Source of the DNA: Balanoglossus misakiensis
Taxonomy: Eukaryota; Animalia; Hemichordata
NCBI GenBank assembly: GCA_040954595.2
Contig: CM082580.2
Location: forward strand, 1,850,783 to 1,914,782
Direction of reading: 5' to 3'
Length of the DNA stretch: 64,000 bases
Shown: positions 52,867 through 64,000 of the stretch, piece after piece
How the letters are laid out: each line of letters starts with the position of its first letter
Position numbering within the stretch: position 1 is the stretch's first letter
Translations under genes and position numbers: made by a program
Notes under the pieces: generated by a model
What the model was told of the DNA's origin: nothing
Seen by the model: only the letters and a program-made list of their open reading frames with translations
Databases searched by the model: none

Positions 52867-53852
52867 GGTAGTTGGAAAGGCTATTTTTGAAGCAAATTCT
52901 CTCAATGTTTGTGAATTTATTTTCACAAGTTAGAATAAAGATAATGACTTGAAATTTGCAGCATGTGTTCTTAACAAACTAAAAAGTGAGGGAAAAATAT
53001 GACTGTAAAAATATCTGCTAAAATTATGAAATTTGATACGCCTAAATATAAATATTCATAATTTTACAAAATATTGATTGAATCTTGACATGTTTTCACA
53101 AATTATTGAATAATTTGTATTCATTTTAATATGAAGCAACCCCTCCAGCAATGTATGGGACACTTTCAGCAAAAACTTATTTTTTTCAAAGTTATCACTC
53201 AGGAAAACACAGTTTTTGTTGATATTTTGTATACAACTTTAACGTGCTGCCAAAACACAACGGGAAAACTTATGAAAAAACTGTCCCGTAAAATTGTTCT
53301 TTGGGATGTCCCGAGCCTTTCCTGAAAGTTTCATGATAAAAAAAATATCTGGCATACCTATTCAATCACAAATAAAAACCATTACATTATGGCGAAGGGC
53401 AGAAAAGTAGCGAAATACGCAAAGTTTAGCGGCAGTTCACGGCGAAGGATCGCATTTATCTGGGTCAAACGCTTTTCCGCTGGCTTTTCGGGTTCCCTAG
53501 AAATGCAAAAATGTCCATAATTTGGCAGCCTTTAATAAACAAGCAAGGTTATCTATCGTTGAAAATTGCAAGAATCAGTGTTTGCAAGTTACATTTAAAT
53601 GCCCTTGGCTAGGGGAACCCGTCCTTGTGCGCATAGCCTAGGAGAAGTCTTCCCCTAGAGGGCGCTCAAATAAGGCTCCCTAGCTTCCTTGCCAGATGAA
53701 TGAAATTAGGTATCATAAAACCAGCCATATCTTGTTACACGTTTATTGCCCCGAATTTTTTATGAGTTTAATTTTTCTCTAATACATTTCTAGATATAAA
53801 TTCAGTGTTTTTAAATAAAATTTTAACTGACGCCCTAGCCTTTCCAACTACC
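52867..53852. mobile_element. Non-autonomous Kolobok-like element
   Basis: TTAA at 52863-52866 and 53853-53856 flanks GGTAGTTGGAAAGG...CCTTTCCAACTACC. Confidence 0.88.
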
Positions 53853-56800
53853 TTAAGGTACAAACACACACAAACCACACAAACACTGCATGTAGATGTG
53901 GACATCAGTGTCATACTTAGTAATATCCTGCATCCAGTAGTCCCAAAGTAGGAGGGCTTTGTGATTAAGAAGAACAAAGATCTGAGCCTAACAAACTGCA
54001 TAAAGCAAATTGGTCTCCTGGTGAGATATATACCATCCACCTCAGCTGGCATGATCTCCAGTATATGCCTTGGTGAAGTACAATGCACTCTCCACTGCAC
54101 TCTTGCTATAATGGCCTGACTATTCATAATTCCTGAGGAGCAATGATTCATGGCTGGACAAATATTCATCACATGGTGAGAAACAAGTGGATCTGGGAGC
54201 CTGCTATAAGATAGCATAGGGTTGAAAGCATGAGTTGAAGGTCTAGCTCAAAGTAGTTTTGAGGAATAGAGTGTTCTGACCTGACCCATCCTCCCGGCAA
54301 AGTATTTTTCTTGGCTCCCTTGACATTATTTCAAATTGTGTGTATCATGAAAATGCCAATCAGCCAGACGGGCCTCCGCCAATAGAGATAAGTCACAGCT
54401 GTTAAAACCATCTCAACACATACCAAGCACCATAGACAATAGTAAAGAGAAAAGAAAACTAATACATATGTAGATTACAAACTGCGAATGGATTGGCTGA
54501 GGGAACAGGATCCAGTGAGTACATGAGTAATAAAAGGATTTGAGAGAATAATTAAACAGAGCTCGTGCCTGGTCGGTTGATGTGGTATTGGCTGTTCTTG
54601 TCTACTAACACTACTTGAATGGATAAGGCTATGTGCTTTCTGGTGATATAGTAAAAGACAGAACTGCATGAAGCTCAGTTTTATGTGCAGGGGTTAATTC
54701 CCACGACACTGGACTGCCAGGCATGCAGAAAAAATGGTCTGATGCAAATCAAGACTTGTAGTGAAGCACAAAGGTTGTCAGGTGATTGTCACCATACATT
54801 TCACTGCATTTTGAGGCATGTCCCCAATGTGTAACGTCTTTGATGGAAACTGTTTTACACTTGAGTGATTTGGCCTGAGCAATATCCATAAGATCCCATT
54901 GAAACTGACAGATTTAGGTAAAAAAGTTGTCATCAAGTTCAGATGACCAGAGGTCTCAGAAAGATGAAGCTGCCCACAACTTGACAGAGCTGACAATATC
55001 AGAGATATCAATGACAACACCGGTAAATGACACAAGGAAGAGGATCACTATGATCAGAGGCAATACTAGCTGAGAGATGTATCTTAGTGATCACAGGTGG
55101 ATGTATACCCCACAGGTGTTGCCTGCATCTCGATAATATCATATGTACACGCACATGTACATGTATACCGGTAACCTATAAAATGATAGTTCGTAATGTG
55201 GAAAGAATAGTATGCCACTGGCGGCGAGGAGGAAGGAATTCTGACAACTGCTAAAAATTAAAGTGACATGGCATATTGGCAGCCAATGGGAAACCCATTT
55301 GCTATAAGTACACATTTCTGCCTTGTGAGCTGAATGCCAAGTTGAACTGTCCTCCAGGGTGGGACCCTGTGGTGATCCATGATTGCTGCATCCCCAAATG
55401 GCATGCTAGACACTTGCCTCCGATGAATAGGGGTATATATGTGACATAGCTGTATCCCAGAAGCCCCGGTGCAGAAGTCAGCAGTGTGATAGAGCATGTC
55501 TGTTACAGATCGTCAGCCATTCACTTCCATATTCGGTAAAATCAGTGATGGGATAAATACCCTTTTTGCCTGTTGGAGTGGGAAATCTGCTGAAATATTC
55601 CACTATAGGAGCAAAATAATTCACTATATAGACTCCAAGAGTTACTGAACAAGTGTTCTCAGCACAATGCTACTAACCTCCCTCAAGTGATACTGCTAGA
55701 TTTCAAGACAGCAGTTATAATATGTAAATACGAACCAATGCTAAGTGGACAAGGTTGCAAATACAACAGCTGGGCCGGTGGCTCCATGCTTCATAAATCT
55801 GCATTTCCAATACAAGATTCTGCAATATTGAAGTCAGGACACACATGGGCCATAGGAGTATGAAAGTAGAAGTAGCACCCAAACCATACACCCACTATGA
55901 GTGTGGGTGTAGCAAAAAGTTTGACACAAGTATTAGAAGCAAGAGCCTGTAATTTACACAAAGGCTAACAAGGCAATACAAAGCAGTATACTCTGTGTAT
56001 ATGTTCTCCAAAGATGTTGTTCAACATACTCTCTTACGTATGTTCTATAATTAGCACATGTTTTTTTAACGTGAAAGAAGACTTCCAATCATTTTAGGGA
56101 CGAACTCTCAACGTCATGGTCCACATTTTCTGAATTTTTATCTCAAAGCGACTCCAAATTCTTTACAGACACCTTGTATCAAAGGGTCAATGGTTATCAT
56201 TACAAATTCTATGATGTAGTCTTCCAAGGCTCCAACTAATCTAGTTCTTGAATAAAACTGACTTTCCATGGACTCTCCTCGTCAAGTTATGCATGGTAAT
56301 CCATTGTTAATGACACTGTCTCTACTGGATCGACAGTTAAAGGGGCGAAATCATAACACCAAACAAATAACCCACAAAACTGACAAATTGGCGATGACGT
56401 GAAGAAATTCACACAAAGTGGCGTCTGCTGGGAGCTGTATCAAACCTCACTGCAAACAACACGTCACAGTACCATTCAATGTGGACCAACAGCCACATTA
56501 GATTATACTGTGAAACAAATCAATGAAAATGTGTATCTTAAAACTCACAGTCATGGAACCATGTGTAAACAAATGAGATATATTCAAAATCAAAATTGAA
56601 TGACAGAGAAAAAAAATTTCTGAATGCAGAGATTTTTTTTCTGAATGCTCAAGGATTCCTACTCCAAGCTCGGTAGTGGACATTTGCACATGGTACCCCT
56701 GACGTCAAGTGTACTATTTTATCGTAAAGCACACAGTCAGGGAAGTGTAAACAAAACTAGATATATTCAAAATCAAAGAAAATAAATGGCTGAATGATTA

Positions 56801-57509
56801 AGTGATCCAATGTAAACTTTTCTGTACATTATAAAAACAATAATTGTAACTCATAGAAAATTGACATCTTTTCTGAATATTGAAGGTTTGATGTCAAATG
56901 GGCAATTTGAATCACTGGTTATCAATTTTGAGACGGTTTTGGCAACCAGACCTGATGTAAGAATTAACACCTCATGCAACCCATTGTCTATGGGGCCGAG
57001 CCTCAGCGCCTATACATAAACTTTGTGTGTGTGGACACAAGCGACTCAAAGGATTAATTCTCTGTGTTTACAAAAGGCAAATAGTGTCTCCGAAACGTTT
57101 CAAATTTTTACCAGTGTGACCGTGGTATTATAAACATGTACCCCACACGTTGAATGACACACACACTTACACCACACAAACAAACAAACAAACATAAATA
57201 CCCTATAACTATACTATATTATAACTAACTATAACTACAAGTAACAACTGACAAAATAACTTAATATACCTATATAAATAAACTGTTCAAATACAGATGT
57301 GTACACTGAAATTAACTAAATTTACAAAAATATATAAAAATGCATTGCAGGGATGCCCCCAAAACTACCGTAAGCACTGCAAGCTGGGAGTCCATGCGTC
57401 TACGGACCTCTGTTGACAGATGAGGCATCATGGAGACTGCATGGTAATGGGACTTCTGGTCCAAATCATCTGGCCGCATTCCTCTGCTATGGTGGCATAC
57501 AATTCAATC

Positions 57510-60500
57510 TCCGCCATCCTGCAACGCAGCATCTAGTTTCTGCATGGTACCATTGGTAGTCGGACTTCAATCTGCCAGTTGGCACACAGATCAGTGTTCT
57601 CCATCCTGCAAACCAGCATCTAGTCTCTGCATGGTACTATTGGTAGTCGGACTTCAATCTGCCAGTTGGCACACGGATCAGTGTTCTCCATCCTGCAAAC
57701 CAGCATCTAGTCTCTGCATGGTACTATTGGTAGTCGGACTCCAATCTGCCAGTTGGCACACGGATCAGTGTTCTCCATCCTGCAAACCAGCATCTAGTCT
57801 CTGCATGGTGCTATTGGTAGTCGGACTCCAATCTGCCAGTTGGCACACGGATCAGTGTTCTCCATCCTGCAAACCAGCATCTAGTCTCTGCATGGTGCTA
57901 TTGGTAGTCGGACTCCAATCTGCCAGTTGGCACACGGATCAGTGTTCTCCATCCTGCAAACCAGCATCTAGTCTCTGCATGGTACTATTGGTAGTCGGAC
58001 TCCAATCTGCCAGTTGGCACACGGATCAGTGTTCTCCATCCTGCAAACCAGCATCTAGTCTCTGCATGGTACTATTGGTAGTCGGACTTCAATCTGCCAG
58101 TTGGCACACGGATCAGTGTTCTCCATCCTGCAAACCAGCCTCTAGTCTCTGCATGGTACTATTGGTAGTCGGACTTCAATCTGCCAGTTGGCACACGGAT
58201 CAGTGTTCTCCATCCTGCAAACCAGCCTCTAGTCTCTGCATGGTACTATTGGTAGTCGGACTTCAATCTGCCAGTTGGCACACGGATCAGTGTTCTCCAT
58301 CCTGCAAACCAGCCTCTAGTCTCTGCATGGTACTATTGGTAGTCGGACTTCAATCTGCCAGTTGGCACACGGATCAGTGTTCTCCATCCTGCAAACCAGC
58401 CTCTAGTCTCTGCATGGTACTATTGGTAGTCGGACTTCAATCTGCCAGTTGGCACACGGATCAGTGTTCTCCATCCTGCAAACCAGCCTCTAGTCTCTGC
58501 ATGGTACTATTGGTAGTCGGACTTCAATCTGCCAGTTGGCACACGGATCAGTGTTCTCCATCCTGCAAACCAGCCTCTAGTCTCTGCATGGTACTATTGG
58601 TAGTCGGACTTCAATCTGCCAGTTGGCACACGGATCAGTGTTCTCCATCCTGCAAACCAGCCTCTAGTCTCTGCATGGTACTATTGGTAGTCGGACTTCA
58701 ATCTGCCAGTTGGCACACGGATCAGTGTTCTCCATCCTGCAAACCAGCCTCTAGTCTCTGCATGGAACTATTGGTAGTCGGACTTCAATCTGCCAGTTGG
58801 CACACGGATCAGTGTTCTCCATCCTGCAAACCAGCCTCTAGTCTCTGCATGGTACTATTGGTAGTCGGACTTCAATCTGCCAGTTGGCACACGGATCAGT
58901 GTTCTCCATCCTGCAAACCAGCATCTAGTCTCTGCATGGTACTATTGGTAGTCGGACTTCAATCTGCCAGTTGGCACACGGATCAGTGTTCTCCATCCTG
59001 CAAACCAGCATCTAGTCTCTGCATGGTACTATTGGTAGTCGGACTTCAATCTGCCAGTTGGCACACGGATCAGTGTTCTCCATCCTGCAAACCAGCATCT
59101 AGTCTCTGCATGGTACTATTGGTAGTCGGACTTCAATCTGCCAGTTGGCACACGGATCAGTGTTCTCCATCCTGCAAACCAGCATCTAGTCTCTGCATGG
59201 TACTATTGGTAGTCGGACTTCAATCTGCCAGTTGGCACACGGATCAGTGTTCTCCATCCTGCAAACCAGCATCTAGTCTCTGCATGGTACTATTGGTAGT
59301 CGGACTTCAATCTGCCAGTTGGCACACGGATCAGTGTTCTCCATCCTGCAAACCAGCATCTAGTCTCTGCATGGTACTATTGGTAGTCGGACTTCAATCT
59401 GCCAGTTGGCACACGGATCAGTGTTCTCCATCCTGCAAACCAGCATCTAGTCTCTGCATGGTACTATTGGTAGTCGGACTTCAATCTGCCAGTTGGCACA
59501 CGGATCAGTGTTCTCCATCCTGCAAACCAGCATCTAGTCTCTGCATGGTACTATTGGTAGTCGGACTTCAATCTGCCAGTTGGCACACGGATCAGTGTTC
59601 TCCATCCTGCAAACCAGCATCTAGTCTCTGCATGGTACTATTGGTAGTCGGACTTCAATCTGCCAGTTGGCACACGGATCAGTGTTCTCCATCCTGCAAA
59701 CCAGCATCTAGTCTCTGCATGGTACTATTGGTAGTCGGACTTCAATCTGCCAGTTGGCACACGGATCAGTGTTCTCCATCCTGCAAACCAGCATCTAGTC
59801 TCTGCATGGTACTATTGGTAGTCGGACTTCAATCTGCCAGTTGGCACACGGATCAGTGTTCTCCATCCTGCAAACCAGCATCTAGTCTCTGCATGGTACT
59901 ATTGGTAGTCGGACTTCAATCTGCCAGTTGGCACACGGATCAGTGTTCTCCATCCTGCAAACCAGCATCTAGTCTCTGCATGGTACTATTGGTAGTCGGA
60001 CTTCAATCTGCCAGTTGGCACACGGATCAGTGTTCTCCATCCTGCAAACCAGCATCTAGTCTCTGCATGGTACTATTGGTAGTCGGACTTCAATCTGCCA
60101 GTTGGCACACGGATCAGTGTTCTCCATCCTGCAAACCAGCATCTAGTCTCTGCATGGTACTATTGGTAGTCGGACTTCAATCTGCCAGTTGGCACACGGA
60201 TCAGTGTTCTCCATCCTGCAAACCAGCATCTAGTCTCTGCATGGTACTATTGGTAGTCGGACTTCAATCTGCCAGTTGGCACACGGATCAGTGTTCTCCA
60301 TCCTGCAAACCAGCATCTAGTCTCTGCATGGTACTATTGGTAGTCGGACTTCAATCTGCCAGTTGGCACACGGATCAGTGTTCTCCATCCTGCAAACCAG
60401 CATCTAGTCTCTGCATGGTACTATTGGTAGTCGGACTTCAATCTGCCAGTTGGCACACGGATCAGTGATCTCCATCCTGCAAACCAGCCTCTAGTCTCTG

Positions 60501-62760
60501 CATGGTACTATTGGTAGTCGGACTTCAATCTGCCAGTTGGCACACGGATCAGTGTTCTCCATCCTGCAAACCAGCCTCTAGTCTCTGCATGGTACTATTG
60601 GTAGTCGGACTTCAATCTGCCAGTTGGCACACGGATCAGTGTTCTCCATCCTGCAAACCAGCCTCTAGTCTCTGCATGGTACTATTGGTAGTCGGACTTC
60701 AATCTGCCAGTTGGCACACGGATCAGTGTTCTCCATCCTGCAAACCAGCCTCTAGTCTCTGCATGGTACTATTGGTAGTCGGACTTCAATCTGCCAGTCG
60801 GCACACGGATCAGTGTTCTCCATCCTGCAAACCAGCCTCTAGTCTCTGCATGGTACTATTGGTAGTCGGACTTCAATCTGCCAGTCGGCACACGGATCAG
60901 TGTTCTCCATCCTGCAAACCAGCCTCTAGTCTCTGCATGGTACTATTGGTAGTCGGACTTCAATCTGCCAGTCGGCACACGGATCAGTGTTCTCCATCCT
61001 GCAAACCAGCCTCTAGTCTCTGCATGGTACTATTGGTAGTCGGACTTCAATCTGCCAGTCGGCACACGGATCAGTGTTCTCCATCCTGCAAACCAGCCTC
61101 TAGTCTCTGCATGGTACTATTGGTAGTCGGACTTCAATCTGCCAGTCGGCACACGGATCAGTGTTCTCCATCCTGCAAACCAGCCTCTAGTCTCTGCATG
61201 GTACTATTGGTAGTCGGACTTCAATCTGCCAGTCGGCACACGGATCAGTGTTCTCCATCCTGCAAACCAGCCTCTAGTCTCTGCATGGTACTATTGGTAG
61301 TCGGACTTCAATCTGCCAGTCGGCACACGGATCAGTGTTCTCCATCCTGCAAACCAGCCTCTAGTCTCTGCATGGTACTATTGGTAGTCGGACTTCAATC
61401 TGCCAGTCGGCACACGGATCAGTGTTCTCCATCCTGCAAACCAGCCTCTAGTCTCTGCATGGTACTATTGGTAGTCGGACTTCAATCTGCCAGTCGGCAC
61501 ACGGATCAGTGTTCTCCATCCTGCAAACCAGCCTCTAGTCTCTGCATGGTACTATTGGTAGTCGGACTTCAATCTGCCAGTCGGCACACGGATCAGTGTT
61601 CTCCATCCTGCAAACCAGCCTCTAGTCTCTGCATGGTACTATTGGTAGTCGGACTTCAATCTGCCAGTCGGCACACGGATCAGTGTTCTCCATCCTGCAA
61701 ACCAGCCTCTAGTCTCTGCATGGTACTATTGGTAGTCGGACTTCAATCTGCCAGTTGGCACACGGATCAGTGTTCTCCATCCTGCAAACCAGCCTCTAGT
61801 CTCTGCATGGTACTATTGGTAGTCGGACTTCAATCTGCCAGTTGGCACACGGATCAGTGTTCTCCATCCTGCAAACCAGCATCTAGTCTCTGCATGGTAC
61901 TATTGGTAGTCGGACTTCAATCTGCCAGTTGGCACACGGATCAGTGTTATCCATCCTGCAAACCAGCATCTAGTCTCTGCATGGTACTATTGGTAGTCGG
62001 ACTTCAATCTGCCAGTTGGCACACGGATCAGTGTTATCCATCCTGCAAACCAGCATCTAGTCTCTGCATGGTACTATTGGTAGTCGGACTTCAATCTGCC
62101 AGTTGGCACACGGATCAGTGTTCTCCATCCTGCAAACCAGCATCTAGTCTCTGCATGGTACTATTGGTAGTCGGACTTCAATCTGCCAGTTGGCACACAG
62201 ATCAGTGTTCTCCATCCTGCAAACCAGCATCTAGTCTCTGCATGGTACTATTGGTAGTCGGACTTCAATCTGCCAGTTGGCACACAGATCAGTGTTCTCC
62301 ATCCTGCAAACCAGCATCTAGTCTCTGCATGGTACTATTGGTAGTCGGACTTCAATCTGCCAGTTGGCACACAGATCAGTGTTCTCCATCCTGCAAACCA
62401 GCATCTAGTCTCTGCATGGTACTATTGGTAGTCGGACTTCAATCTGCCAGTTGGCACACAGATCAGTGTTCTCCATCCTGCAAACCAGCATCTAGTCTCT
62501 GCATGGTACTATTGGTAGTCGGACTTCAATCTGCCAGTTGGCACACAGATCAGTGTTCTCCATCCTGCAAACCAGCATCTAGTCTCTGCATGGTACTATT
62601 GGTAGTCGGACTTCAATCTGCCAGTTGGCACACAGATCAGTGTTCTCCATCCTGCAAACCAGCATCTAGTCTCTGCATGGTACTATTGGTAGTCGGACTT
62701 CAATCTGCCAGTTGGCACACAGATCAGTGTTCTCCATCCTGCAAACCAGCCTCTAGTTTC
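57510..62760. repeat. 87-bp minisatellite/satellite array of about 60 near-identical units
   Basis: Unit ATGGTACTATTGGTAGTCGGACTTCAATCTGCCAGTTGGCACACGGATCAGTGTTCTCCATCCTGCAAACCAGCATCTAGTCTCTGC. ORFs 57544 and 60502 show the 29-aa period. Confidence 0.98.
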
Positions 62761-64000
62761 CCGTGTCTGAAAAAAAGCAAACAGATGTAGTTCAGGAAAA
62801 TGAGGAGTAATTCAACTGCATGTGACACAAAAGACAGCTTCCCGCGATACAAACACCCTCTATAACTCCAGGCTTTGTCTTTGCAGTACACAGGCCATGT
62901 AATGCAAATTGTGTAAGAATCCATCAAGTTTTACTTTATGCAGGCTACATGACAATGATTCATGCTCAGTTTTTATGGACTTGTTATTTTGTGCCATTCT
63001 AAATGACTTCTGGGTGTTTGTAAAACTTGTAACGAGCAGTAATGAGCAGAAATTTGCAGTAATGACCAATAACATCCTAGAAATTGACAGAATGGGTAAT
63101 CACAAATACTGTGGAAATGACGATCGTTTCCAATTTCATAATAGTCATCTGAAGTTATGCAATCAGTGTCAATTATCATGACCATTTTCATGGAACTAAA
63201 CAGTTGTTTAATTTCATATCATTGCTGGAAAAAAGTCATCGTCAATGACTTCGTTCACGCTGGTTTGATCTTCTTGGTATTTGTGCTCAAGTGTTGGTTA
63301 GTTTTTGCATAACTTGAAATGTTGTGCGTTGACTTAGATGTTTTCATCTATGTTAACTGACATACCGTATATTCTCGCAATTAAGCGCCACCCATGATTA
63401 GGCGCCAGTGATACCTGACTTTGCTACTTTTTACTTAAAATTAAGCGCCAGGATTTTTTTTTTTTTGAGGTGTGTGGACGTACGTGAATCATGGCAAGTA
63501 CTACCAGGGTTTAGGGATCTTGTCAAAATCAATGGGGGCTTGCTGCGTGAATAATAATTGACCTGAGCAGACAATGCATGCTTTGGGCTGATGTGCTATT
63601 TATTTACAAATTACAAGATGAAATCGGGCACATGTCAACCTCCTAATTTATGTAAATTATTATTCACTGCAAAAGACACAGGTGCCGGGCGTCTAGACAC
63701 TTGTCTTTTTCCTGTCGATCGATCGGCACCCGCTTACGTTACCGGCACTACCACCCAAGTTTGACCATATGGCCAGGGCTTTGAAATAATAGGACTAGTT
63801 TCAAGTTGTGAATGTTTGCGGTATTAATTTTCTCATGAATATTCACACAAAGTGAGTATTCACGCAACCTTGCTTGACCTTACATGTGTGAGAGCATGTG
63901 ATTACAAAGACGCATTTGGACTAAACCACTATACGTCAGTAGATTTTGTTGATGGTTCAGCCAGCATACTGTAATGCTGCTCGTAGTATTCACTTCGTTG

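Noticed and set aside
53860-56700. Possible decayed coding or retroelement sequence
   Set aside because: The composition is suggestive but I could not read an ordered series of motifs. A translated HMM search is needed.
57544-62790. 974-aa and 762-aa ORFs as a real repetitive protein
   Set aside because: They are a by-product of an 87-bp (multiple-of-3) unit that lacks a stop in one frame. There is no unique N- or C-terminal domain, no recognisable motif, and an internal stop.

Overview
AT-rich eukaryotic DNA dense in transposable elements. It looks like a marine invertebrate metazoan, which is an inference from the repeat types and spliceosomal introns. I can support no ordinary host gene. 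The main feature is an 8,864-bp DNA transposon (20360-29223). It has 83-bp perfect terminal inverted repeats (TATGG...CCATA) that run into 42-bp tandem arrays, and a 6-bp TSD (ATTTTA). It splits a LINE reverse-transcriptase fragment whose reading frame is restored when the element is removed. It carries two convergent genes: an intronless IS3/IS481-like DDE transposase (- strand) and a 7-exon gene for a SAM + UBZ-like zinc finger + HECT E3 ubiquitin ligase (+ strand) with an intact catalytic Cys. Both proteins begin with mutually similar SAM domains, which suggests a transposon-encoded ubiquitin ligase that docks on its own transposase. Termini and TSD fit the IS3EU superfamily, and each gene has one visible lesion. 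The rest of the window holds two near-identical tandem duplications (3.6 kb and 1.64 kb), four TTAA-flanked Kolobok-type elements, Harbinger-type and P-type MITEs, and a dead Tc1. It also has decayed Rex1/Babar-, L2/CR1- and RTE-like LINEs, three hairpins with conserved tandem G.A mismatches, a nested inverted-repeat region, and about 60 copies of an 87-bp satellite.
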